56,075 nt of DNA, taken from Candidatus Thorarchaeota archaeon (lineage in GTDB: Archaea; Asgardarchaeota; Thorarchaeia; Thorarchaeales; Thorarchaeaceae). Below the pieces are notes generated by a model. That model made no database searches and was not told where the DNA came from. It saw nothing but the letters and a program-made list of their open reading frames with translations. Where the stretch lies: positions 24,710-80,784 of the forward strand of contig JAWAQK010000003.1 in the NCBI GenBank assembly GCA_038893995.1, written 5' to 3'. Shown one piece after another: positions 35,647-44,905 of the stretch (the stretch's first letter is position 1; each line of letters begins with the position of its first letter). Position numbers and translations under genes: made by a program.

Positions 35647-36525
35647 TCATAGACGAGACGGAGACATGGCTGAGTATTCAATCCCCCTTCCGGCTCTGGC
35701 TATAGCAACTGGCATGTGCGGCGTGTCATGAAGTACAGCGGTGTTGCCTTTTGCATCAGCGATCGCAATCCCTGCGCTTCCCGCTGTCCGTTCACGCAGC
35801 ATTCTCATCACTCTCGATGCAGAGTCTGTGACGTTGAGGCCCTGTTCCACCAGGAATACGGACACTCGTGCCATAGATATCCTGAGTATCTGCTCACCCC
35901 TCCCAGTACAGCAGGCGCCAGCAGCCTCATTTGCATAGACTCCTGCTCCGACTATGGGAGTGTCGCCCACTCGTCCCGGCAGCTTTCCAGTCCATCCGCT
36001 GGTTGACGAGGCGCAAGCAATGTGACCACGACTGTCGACAGCAATGCACCCGACCGTATCACATCCCTGCGATATCCTTGGCCCTGTCACCGTCCCGGTA
36101 CTCTTCTCCTCACGATAGCCCTCTAGGATCATCTTCCTGTATAGCTTGGTTGCACCCTCACCTGCTACTTGGGCGATGTTGGTCCTCTCAAGGACATACC
36201 TTGCCAGAGTCACAGGATGCCACACACCCTTTATGGCCATGACCGCACCACTCTGAAGTCTGTGACCATCCATCACTATCGCGTCAAGCTCGATCTCTCC
36301 GTCGGCGTTCGGCGTTGCACCTCGGCCCGCTGTGAATAGCGTGGTCTCCTCGAGTGTCCAGACCGCAGACTCTGCGGCATCCAGGGCAGAACCACCTCTT
36401 TCAAACACGCACAGACCCGCTCTGGCTGCTCTCCGCACTGCGTCGAGTATCTCATGGTGATGACTCTCATCGAATACAGTCGCACCGCCATGGACAACGA
36501 CCAGTGGTAGACTATCGTCGCTCAC
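35647..36525 (-). CDS. iaaA: Isoaspartyl peptidase/L-asparaginase (Ntn hydrolase)
   Basis: VVVHGGA, ELDAIVMDG, autocleavage DTVG, STSG..GKLPGRVGDTP..GAG.YA, TGRGE. Confidence 0.9.
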   Translation of the reverse strand: MSDDSLPLVVVHGGATVFDESHHHEILDAVRRAARAGLCVFERGGSALDAAESAVWTLEETTLFTAGRGATPNADGEIELDAIVMDGHRLQSGAVMAIKGVWHPVTLARYVLERTNIAQVAGEGATKLYRKMILEGYREEKSTGTVTGPRISQGCDTVGCIAVDSRGHIACASSTSGWTGKLPGRVGDTPIVGAGVYANEAAGACCTGRGEQILRISMARVSVFLVEQGLNVTDSASRVMRMLRERTAGSAGIAIADAKGNTAVLHDTPHMPVAIARAGRGIEYSAMSPSRL

Positions 36526-36748
36526 GAGCTCGCGTCCGGTTCCAAGACAGAAAAAGCATTTCGTCCAGTCTGGGGACGTACCCAGCGGATGACCAGCAGA
36601 ATAGACTCAGGACGGATTCAGCAACGCAGCGGAGTCACTCTTGTCCGGAGGTGCGTCCAGGGATTGTCGGCGCACCCCACGGGGCAGGCTTGGCGATGCC
36701 TCATCAGGGATCCTGTACACAGACTAGACGTGACAGTCAGCAACAGTA

Positions 36749-37639
36749 TCAGAGGCCTAGTCGGTGAAGCTCTTCCTCAAACACCTTCAACCGTGACTGG
36801 AGGTCGATCCTTGTTGCGGCAAATACTGACAGATCGATGCCTCCCCTGCGCGCCTTCTCATCAAGGTCGGCGATCTCATTCTTCAGCTCACGTATCCTGT
36901 CCTTCACCAGATCGACCCTGCTGACTGCGGAAGTATCGCTCTCAGTCGGTCTCTGAACGCTGATTATCTTTCCATCCGAGATCCTGAATATGCGGTCGCA
37001 CTGTCTTGCAACTGCAGGGTCGTGTGTCACCATCAGGACAGTCTTGCCCAGCTCTCGGTTGACCTTCTGGAGGTACTTGACGACTTGTGCTCCTGTGTCT
37101 GAGTCGAGGTCTCCCGTAGGTTCATCGCACAAGAGGACCTCAGGATTGTTGGCCAGAGCGGCCGCAATAGCTACTCTCTGACGCTGGCCTCCTGAGAGCT
37201 CGTCGGGCTTGTGATTCATCCTGTCTTCAAGGCCCATCGATGTCAGCAGTTCGACCGTTCTCTTTCGCCTGGTACTGCTAGGCACTCTTGCTGCGAGCAT
37301 GGGGAGCTCCACATTCTCATACGCCGTCAGGGTCGGGATCAGGTTGAGTTCCTGGAATATGTGACCGACCACATCTCTTCTCAGGAGTCCCAGCTCTGCA
37401 GGAGAGGCATTTGTCACATCTCTCCCTGCGACAATGGTAGTGCCGGCTGTCGCTCGAGTTATGCCCCCAAGTATGTTCAAGAGGGTGGTCTTTCCGCTTC
37501 CAGATGGTCCCACTATGGCCACCATCTCGCCCCTGTCGACCGTCATCGAGAGCCCCCTGAGTGCCTGAACCTCAACTCGACCCAGTCTGAATACCTTCAC
37601 AAGATCGACCGTCTTGACAAAACTGCCATCTTCGCTCAT
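36749..37639 (-). CDS. ABC ATPase (LolD/MacB-type) with C-terminal helical extension
   Basis: GPSGSGKT, LSGGQRQRVAIA, LLCDEPTGDLD, VTHD. Confidence 0.92.
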   Translation of the reverse strand: MSEDGSFVKTVDLVKVFRLGRVEVQALRGLSMTVDRGEMVAIVGPSGSGKTTLLNILGGITRATAGTTIVAGRDVTNASPAELGLLRRDVVGHIFQELNLIPTLTAYENVELPMLAARVPSSTRRKRTVELLTSMGLEDRMNHKPDELSGGQRQRVAIAAALANNPEVLLCDEPTGDLDSDTGAQVVKYLQKVNRELGKTVLMVTHDPAVARQCDRIFRISDGKIISVQRPTESDTSAVSRVDLVKDRIRELKNEIADLDEKARRGGIDLSVFAATRIDLQSRLKVFEEELHRLGL

Positions 37640-37649
37640 TCTACTTCAC

Positions 37650-40418
37650 CTACGACCTAAGCAAGATCACCTTCTCCTCTGGACGAAGTGACGCACGCCA
37701 GACTGGCACAATGGCTGCAAGTATCACAACTCCTATCACCATTAGCAGGTAGAGTCCCGGTTCTCCCATGAGCACGATGCGGTATCGGATGAGGCCTGTC
37801 ATCGCGGAGTTGTTGAGCTGGCTGACGTTGCCAAAGATCTGGATGAGGCCTACTAGAGAACCGAGGATGATAGAGAAGACAACAAGTATCATGACCTCTG
37901 CCGTCAGAGTCAGGAAGAGCTGCCACTTGTTGAATCCTCTCACAGTCAGCAGAGCAACCTCTTGATCCTTCTCCTTGAGGGTGAGGACTATCACGAGGCC
38001 TGAACCTACGACTGCAAGAACTGCTGCAAAGAACACAGACACGCGCTGTATCTTTGACACACCACTCTGGATCGGACGTGCATTATAGTAAGCCATCTGC
38101 GATGTGTATGAGTAACTGGACGCAACTGACGAATATGTATTCATCAGCTGCTCCTGAAGAAGTGTACCATTAGTCCCAGGTAGTGTCCTTATCAGGACGT
38201 TGGGTTGTGAATAGCCTACCAGTCCTGAGCTACGAAGGAAATCGACCGATACAAAGGATGGATAGTCACCCCCTACAGAGACCACCTGTTGCGGAAACAG
38301 CTCCTCCAACAGAGACCGGTGGCCTACAAGACCCACAATCTTGAGTTCGCGAGTCACAAGGCCGGCAAGATCACTCACATGGATCGTGTCACCCACATTC
38401 AGGCGCAGGTCCTTCGCGACGCTGAGCGACAACAAGATCCCGTCCTCATCGAGGGATGAGAACATCTCATTGAGATTACCCACGAACCAGTCAGACTCCC
38501 AGAAGGCAACATCTCTCCACTCATCAGGGGATATCGCCCTGACTGCTATCCGGGTCGAACCTGAAACGAGACTGATTCTATACTCGACTGTGGCCCCCGC
38601 GACGTTCTCCATGGACCTTATCTCATCGACGATGGCGCTCACGTTGGCACCCATCCCGAACTGAAGTCGGACATCCGATCCCACGGTATAGTAGGCATCG
38701 CGCTGAACATGGTCCAAGTCCGAGTACAGACTTCCAATCGTGAACACCCCGTATGACACGATCAACGAGAGGAGGAAGACCATCGCTGCATTCCTGGCAG
38801 GGTTCCTCCTGACATTGCGCGTCGCCAATGTCCCAAAAGCGCCGAAGATCCTCTTACCGCCCATGACTATGAGTTCCTGGAATCTCGTAGAACCCCGCAT
38901 GAAGACCTTCGTGGCACCGTAGAGGAAGAACAGCGGTCCAACGTAGTTCAAGACTGCGTCAACACCTATCCATGCAATGATACCTATCGCGAGGAACAGG
39001 TTTCCTGGGTTGAGTGATGTCAGCAAGTATGACACGTCTACGCCAAGTCCCCAGACGACTAGCTTGTAGGTACCCAGAAGGAGGAAGACTGTCGGCCAGA
39101 ATCGCTTGTACTCAGAGGTCTCCTCGACGTAGACGTAATGCTTGAGTGCGTCCAGGATCTCGAGCCTTGACGCCCGGTTTGCAGGCCTGTAGACCGAGAT
39201 GAGCGCCAACGCCATACCCAGCGCAATGGAAAGCACGACGGATGTCGGGTTTGTGCTCACTACCGTCAGGAGCTCGGTCCCTCTCGCTGCTACGGTGGCC
39301 CATGCAACGATCGAGCCCAGGAAGACCGCTGCCGCCCCGGCCATTGCCCCGATCAATGCGCCCTCGATGAGGAAGATGTTTCGTATCTTGTCTCTTCGGT
39401 AGCCCTTCGTGAGGAGAAGGCCGATCTCACGTCGTCGCAGATTGTACGTCATGTCGCTGACGAGCGTGCCTGTGAAATACGTCATGAAGAAGATCGGTAG
39501 ACTGAGTGATATGAATACCAGATTCATGACTGCTGATATCACCGTATACATGGTGAGTGGCAGCGTCAGCATCGAGTCTATCTCAACTGAGTACGGCGAT
39601 AGCTTCGCTGTGATCCTCTGCCTTATCTCTTCGACCCTCTGGTTGGAAGCAGGAATATTGTAGGGATCAATGACTCGGGCCCTGTCGATCTTGGCCTGAA
39701 AGGTGTTGACAACAGTGACGCTGGTCCTGCCGCTGATGTTGTCAGCCTCTTCAAGCATCGGGCGGACCGTCTTCTCCCAGTCAACCAGAATCATGTTATA
39801 CGGGTACTCGAAACGTATGCCGAAGGGGCCCATGAGTATCCCCGAGAAACCATATTGAAGCAGGGCATATCGGTAGGCCAATGGGACCTCCACTACCCCC
39901 GCGACAGTGATGTTTCGATTGATCATCTGGACGCCAGGCAGTCCTTCGGTCCTCACGACTACTTTCATGGTTATGACATCATTCACTGAATACAGTGACT
40001 CATTCAAGGAACCTGCGACCACATACGCCTCATCTGGTCCGAGGGTCGGATCACCTGCAACGACAGTCATAGGATCGGCCAGACTGCTGTTCCAATCTAT
40101 TCCAAATACGTGAAACAGAGTGCGGTCGTTCACCACATGGTAGAAAGAAGTGATTCTGGCGTACTCCAAAACATCGTCGAGCTCCGATAGGGCATTGCCA
40201 ACAGCCTCAAACGTGTCGACGGTCCAATTGCCTTCTCGAGAGTTGATCACATAGTCGTATACGACTCCGTCGAGAGTGGCATCAAGCGCGTCTCTCGCCA
40301 GGATGTCAGCAGCAACGTTTGTGCTTGCAAAGAATGTTGTTGCAACAAGAATCCCGACGGTCAGTGCAAGAAATAGCCTGTAGCTTCTGACAACGCGCTT
40401 GAGTGCATACTTGAGCAT
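37650..40418 (-). CDS. FtsX/MacB-like ABC permease
   Basis: Two FtsX repeats (RRREIGLLLTKG, EVALLTVRG) and large extracytoplasmic domains; adjacent to the LolD-type ATPase. Confidence 0.88.
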   Translation of the reverse strand: MLKYALKRVVRSYRLFLALTVGILVATTFFASTNVAADILARDALDATLDGVVYDYVINSREGNWTVDTFEAVGNALSELDDVLEYARITSFYHVVNDRTLFHVFGIDWNSSLADPMTVVAGDPTLGPDEAYVVAGSLNESLYSVNDVITMKVVVRTEGLPGVQMINRNITVAGVVEVPLAYRYALLQYGFSGILMGPFGIRFEYPYNMILVDWEKTVRPMLEEADNISGRTSVTVVNTFQAKIDRARVIDPYNIPASNQRVEEIRQRITAKLSPYSVEIDSMLTLPLTMYTVISAVMNLVFISLSLPIFFMTYFTGTLVSDMTYNLRRREIGLLLTKGYRRDKIRNIFLIEGALIGAMAGAAAVFLGSIVAWATVAARGTELLTVVSTNPTSVVLSIALGMALALISVYRPANRASRLEILDALKHYVYVEETSEYKRFWPTVFLLLGTYKLVVWGLGVDVSYLLTSLNPGNLFLAIGIIAWIGVDAVLNYVGPLFFLYGATKVFMRGSTRFQELIVMGGKRIFGAFGTLATRNVRRNPARNAAMVFLLSLIVSYGVFTIGSLYSDLDHVQRDAYYTVGSDVRLQFGMGANVSAIVDEIRSMENVAGATVEYRISLVSGSTRIAVRAISPDEWRDVAFWESDWFVGNLNEMFSSLDEDGILLSLSVAKDLRLNVGDTIHVSDLAGLVTRELKIVGLVGHRSLLEELFPQQVVSVGGDYPSFVSVDFLRSSGLVGYSQPNVLIRTLPGTNGTLLQEQLMNTYSSVASSYSYTSQMAYYNARPIQSGVSKIQRVSVFFAAVLAVVGSGLVIVLTLKEKDQEVALLTVRGFNKWQLFLTLTAEVMILVVFSIILGSLVGLIQIFGNVSQLNNSAMTGLIRYRIVLMGEPGLYLLMVIGVVILAAIVPVWRASLRPEEKVILLRS

Positions 40419-40454
40419 GGGAAGGCCCTCCTGCCCGTGGGGACAATCATGACC

Positions 40455-41000
40455 TTAAAAGGGTTGACCCCAGTTGGTATCGCGTGAGCCACTGGTCGGC
40501 CTCTTGCGGTCATACAAGTGAGAGAGGGTAATCACGACTGCAGCCAATGCCAGACTCGATGACACTACAACTGGCATTGTCGCTGTGGTATCGATCGCTC
40601 CTGATGTCGTCCTCCTGTCAATGATAATGGCATAGCTCGTCGCCGAATTGTTGGCCATGTCAAACGCCAAGATTCGCAGTGAGTACGTCTGGTTTGCTGC
40701 CAGCGGAGCCACATCCGACACGTACATCGTGCCATTGAACCCCAGCGGCTGGGAGTACAGTGGCGATACAGACGGCTGGATCATGAGTGTCACGTTTTGA
40801 ACACCGGACTCGTCCCACACGACGGCCCAGGCGAGAAACGCCTCACCTCCACGGGCGTTGCCCACTATTCCCCAACGAGATATCTCAGGACGAACGGTAT
40901 CATTCCCCGTGACTTCAGACGACGACAGGCAGATCAGGCAGACCACTGCCAGCCCGAGGATGAATAGACGAGAACTCGTGTGCATCGGACTTGAAGTCAC
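40455..41000 (-). CDS. Exported Ig-like single-domain protein with C-terminal TM anchor
   Basis: Signal-like N-terminus, VWDESGVQNVTL, YSLRILAFDMANN, C-terminal hydrophobic helix followed by RKR. Confidence 0.65.
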   Translation of the reverse strand: MTSSPMHTSSRLFILGLAVVCLICLSSSEVTGNDTVRPEISRWGIVGNARGGEAFLAWAVVWDESGVQNVTLMIQPSVSPLYSQPLGFNGTMYVSDVAPLAANQTYSLRILAFDMANNSATSYAIIIDRRTTSGAIDTTATMPVVVSSSLALAAVVITLSHLYDRKRPTSGSRDTNWGQPF

Positions 41001-41424
41001 TCATCAGGATATTACTTCTCCGGTGGCAGCAAGAGAGTCGTCGTTCTTGCTCCCACACTGGCAGGCCCTGCCACAGCAGGTTTAGACATCAGAAATAGAT
41101 GACCGGTCTCTGAGACAGGGGTGGGCACAGGAGGGACGGCAACACAACGCCTGCCGCGCCACCACCTTTTCTTTTGAGCGTCGTGTTTCAGAGCGGCTAT
41201 TCTGAGCCCTCTGCGAAACCCTGAACGCACGCCAAATTCAGGGATCGGCCCAGTCCCGATGCCTGTGCCCCTGCGCTGTATGTTGGCGTGTCGGCTATAT
41301 GATTCTATTGGTGAGACCTTGCAGGAAGTCCCTCACGGCGTATCAGCATGTGTAATAACGCATATGAGCAGATATAAACAGTTGTCGTATAGGTTTCTCA
41401 GGCTTCGAGAGAAATAGAAAGTGA

Positions 41425-41447
41425 AGCAGAGGGTTGCTCCCTCTGCT
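41425..41447 (-). terminator. Probable terminator hairpin after dppA
   Basis: Perfect 9-bp stem AGCAGAGGG/CCCTCTGCT with a 5-nt loop, 14 nt past the dppA stop, followed on the minus strand by a T-rich tract (tcactttctatttctc). Confidence 0.7.
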
Positions 41448-41461
41448 GAATTAGTCTATGT

Positions 41462-43339
41462 CTATGGTGGGGCTGTCAATCCAGCTGCAGCCCAGGTCTT
41501 GTAGTAGTGGTAGAAGTAGGCGTCATGCATCGGGTTGAACTGGTATCCGACCAGGTAGTGGTTCTCCACGTGGAAGCTGACAGCCTGGTAGCACCAGATG
41601 TAGGCAATGTGGTCAACAATTGCCTCCTGGATCATGTAGTACAGCTCCTGCCTCCGAGTGGTGTTGAGAGTCTGAGCTGCCTCAGAGATCCATCCGTCAA
41701 CCTCTGTAGCATTCCAGCCTTCCGAACCTGCCAGACCAATCCTCATCGGGAAAGTACCTGTCGACTTGACGAACGGCCCAACATAGTTGTCGGGGTCCGC
41801 ATAGTCAGGAGCCCAGCCCAGGAAGAAGATTGGCAGCTGTCTGTGTCTCACCTGGTAGAGGTAGTTAGCCCACTCAAGCGCCACCACATCGATCTGGAGG
41901 GGCTGTGATGGCTGGGTGGCCTCCGGATGTGCAAGGATGGCGTTTATGCCGTCCTTCAGGAGCAGACAGGCCCTCTGGCGGTTGACGTTACCACTGTTGT
42001 AGTAGATCTCGAGCTTGTAGGAGTTGTTCGCAAGGATATTGTCCAAGCCTGCAGCCATTGCATCGTTCCAGGCGTCAACTGCCTTGTCGATGTCGTAGCT
42101 GAACATGAACAGGTCATCCTTGTGACCGAACATTCCCTTCGGAATCGGTCCCTGCAGCTGTGTTCCAAAGCCGTTGAGGACGTTGGCAATGTATGAACTG
42201 TAGTCGAAAGCGTATGAGAATGCCTCACGGACAGACTTCATCTGGAACATGCTCTGAGTTATCACACCGGACCTGTTCAGATACGGGTTCATGTTGAAAC
42301 CTAGGAACATGACGTCAAAGGTCGGTTCGTGGGCCCAGAGTTTGAGATACGGGATCTTCGACTTCCGGGTTCCGTCGCCATTGTCACCTGTGACGTTGTT
42401 CCAGATCTGGTTTGCGTGGCTGACAGGCCAGTATGCCGAGTCTGTCTCGTTGTTAAGCAGGTTCAGGATCCTGCTGTTGACATCCTCATTGGTCTTGATC
42501 ACGACCTGTCGGATGTTTCCAGCATACGGGAATTGTGCCTTTGCCTGAGCGGCCCTCCAGTAGTTCGGGTTGAGGTCGAGTGTGATGTGATCGTCGACGA
42601 CCCACTCGCTCACCATGTAGGGCCCAGTGCCACAGGTATGCCTGTCTACGTAGTCGTTGTGCTGACCGATAGCGACACCGCCGTGTGCCTCAACGAAGGT
42701 CGGGCTGATCATTGCCCCAACCTCGTATGTGATGGCAGCCAGGAATGGGGCATATGGATAGGCCAGACGAATCCTGACTGTGTAATCATCGAGCACGATA
42801 ATTGCACCGGTCCCATTGTCATTTGCCGCCTTCCACTCATTGAAGGCTGCAATGTGCTCGGGAGAGCCCTCACCATACTCGTACACGGCATCCTCAACGG
42901 CCTGACCACCGAGTATTGGCTCTGCGAGCATCCATGCTGGGCCCCAACCGTCGAAGATCGCCATCACTCGCTCAAAGTTGTACTTCACACACGAGGCATT
43001 GAAGGGCGTTCCATCATGAAACTTGATTCCCTGCCGAAGAGTGAAGGTGTAGTTCAACCCATCAGCAGACACGTGCAACGACTGTGCCAGAAGAGGCACA
43101 CTGGGAGTTGTGTCAGCTGAGTCCCACTGATACGTGTACAGGGTCTCGTAGACGTTGTAGCTGATCCACGATCCAAACGACTCATAGTCGACGTGCGGGT
43201 CCAGATACTCTGGATTACCGATCGTCTCCCAGATCATGGTCGCGGGATATGGTGGGGGCGGAGAGAACACGACAAACGCCACCGCACCGATAGCGATCAC
43301 GGCCACGAGACCAACCACGATTAGTTGGTTTCGCTCCAA
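41462..43339 (-). CDS. dppA: Peptide/nickel ABC substrate-binding protein (family 5)
   Basis: N-terminal TM anchor, LDPH, NVYETL, LA.S...SADG..YTFTLRQGIKFHDGTPFNA..VKY, GTGPY, GWAPDYADPDN. Confidence 0.9.
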   Translation of the reverse strand: MERNQLIVVGLVAVIAIGAVAFVVFSPPPPYPATMIWETIGNPEYLDPHVDYESFGSWISYNVYETLYTYQWDSADTTPSVPLLAQSLHVSADGLNYTFTLRQGIKFHDGTPFNASCVKYNFERVMAIFDGWGPAWMLAEPILGGQAVEDAVYEYGEGSPEHIAAFNEWKAANDNGTGAIIVLDDYTVRIRLAYPYAPFLAAITYEVGAMISPTFVEAHGGVAIGQHNDYVDRHTCGTGPYMVSEWVVDDHITLDLNPNYWRAAQAKAQFPYAGNIRQVVIKTNEDVNSRILNLLNNETDSAYWPVSHANQIWNNVTGDNGDGTRKSKIPYLKLWAHEPTFDVMFLGFNMNPYLNRSGVITQSMFQMKSVREAFSYAFDYSSYIANVLNGFGTQLQGPIPKGMFGHKDDLFMFSYDIDKAVDAWNDAMAAGLDNILANNSYKLEIYYNSGNVNRQRACLLLKDGINAILAHPEATQPSQPLQIDVVALEWANYLYQVRHRQLPIFFLGWAPDYADPDNYVGPFVKSTGTFPMRIGLAGSEGWNATEVDGWISEAAQTLNTTRRQELYYMIQEAIVDHIAYIWCYQAVSFHVENHYLVGYQFNPMHDAYFYHYYKTWAAAGLTAPP

Positions 43340-43820
43340 ATGTTTTCCTCCTTCTCTTTCTAGTCGAACGGACGACGTGACACGCTTTGCACACTCACGT
43401 CGGTCCTGAAGGTAGGGACTTCTTCAGTGGATGCTCACTAATATACGTTACTGCTCGCGTCCTCGACTATCCGCTGCCCCCGTCAGGGCTCAGAAAGGGG
43501 AACGGACCCAGTGTCCTGAATCGCATCACCGCCTCCTGAGATGCCAAGAGCCGTCATCAGTGAGGGTGACAGGAACCAGTTGTGACACTCCAGATGCGCT
43601 GAGAGCCGGGCGAGCAACTGTGTGTAACACAGAACATATCGACTGTCAGTCCGAGTGCTCTCGCGGGATGCTGGCAAACGAGTCCTGATCCACCACCAAG
43701 CGTCTGACATGGACGACAGAAAGACAGATTCAGCAACTACTTTCAACTAAAGGCTTAAGTATATCAACAGGCGGCCAAGCTCGCGACGCAAACCCCTCCC
43801 CACAGACGAGGATCAGACAG

Positions 43821-44894
43821 ATGAAACTACGTGACTTCGTGCTTCGCCGTGTGATCCTGGCGATTCCTGTCGTGTTCGGCGTGTTGACGGTAACGTGGGT
43901 TCTTGTGTACTTCGTGGGGGACCCTCTGGCCCTCTACATAACTGAGAGGACACCTGAATCTGCAATACCGGGAATAATCAAGTCGCATGGTCTTGACCAA
44001 CCTCCCATTGTTCAGTACTTTCTGTACATGAGGTCCCTGATACTAGGAGACTGGGGACTATCGAGAAGCGTGGGTGGCGATCCACCCGTACTCGAAGTGA
44101 TACAGCAGAGATTCCCCGCAACAGCAGAGCTGGCTATGGCAGCAATGGTGTTTGCAGTCATCCTCGGGATACCACTGGGAATACTGTCGGCGACCAAGAA
44201 GGACAGACCAGTGGACCACGTGACCAGGGTCTTCGCTCTTGCTGGTGTTTCAATGCCCATATTCTGGTTTGGCCTCATCCTGAAGTATGTCTTCTACTAC
44301 CAGTTCAAGGTCATGAAGATCTCGCTTCTGGGAATACCCCTCTACCTACCGGGAGATAGCAGGGTTGACAATGAGCTCTGGAAGGCCCTGATGGGCAACA
44401 CACAGGGCTATGTGCCCATCACCAATCTGGTCCTGCTTGACTCCATCCTGTATCTTCAACCGTGGGGATTCATAGATGGTGTGCGTCACCTCATCATGCC
44501 AGGTTTCTGCCTTGGATATATGACAATGGCGATAGTGACGAGGATGATGAGATCCAGTATGCTCGAGGTCCTAAAGGAGGACTACATCACTCTTGCCAGG
44601 TCCAAGGGCCTCAGAGAACGAGTGGTCATATACAGACATGCCCTGAGGAATGCCATGATACCCACCACGACCGTGATTGGCCTGGCCTTTGGTGGGCTGC
44701 TCTCAGGTGCTGTGCTCACCGAGACCATCTTCAACTGGAACGGTCTCGGGAGATGGGCTACCAGAGCCATACTGATGTCTGATGTGGCCGCAATAATAGG
44801 CTTCACACTGATGGTGGCACTGATATACGTGACAGCTAATCTGATCGTGGACCTCACCTATGCAGTCCTCGATCCAAGAATAAGGTACGGATAG
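43821..44894 (+). CDS. dppB: Peptide ABC permease
   Basis: GDP, GLDQP..VQY, GDWGLS, RFPATAEL, RSSMLEVLKEDYI..ARSKGL, HALRNA, ETIFNWNGLG, DPRIR. Confidence 0.92.
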   Translation: MKLRDFVLRRVILAIPVVFGVLTVTWVLVYFVGDPLALYITERTPESAIPGIIKSHGLDQPPIVQYFLYMRSLILGDWGLSRSVGGDPPVLEVIQQRFPATAELAMAAMVFAVILGIPLGILSATKKDRPVDHVTRVFALAGVSMPIFWFGLILKYVFYYQFKVMKISLLGIPLYLPGDSRVDNELWKALMGNTQGYVPITNLVLLDSILYLQPWGFIDGVRHLIMPGFCLGYMTMAIVTRMMRSSMLEVLKEDYITLARSKGLRERVVIYRHALRNAMIPTTTVIGLAFGGLLSGAVLTETIFNWNGLGRWATRAILMSDVAAIIGFTLMVALIYVTANLIVDLTYAVLDPRIRYG

Positions 44895-44905
44895 CAGGTG
44901 ATATC

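Noticed and set aside
42329-43120. 263-aa plus-strand ORF, and many similar short ORFs elsewhere in the track
   Set aside because: Antisense to dppA or other well-supported genes; expected from GC-rich codon bias.
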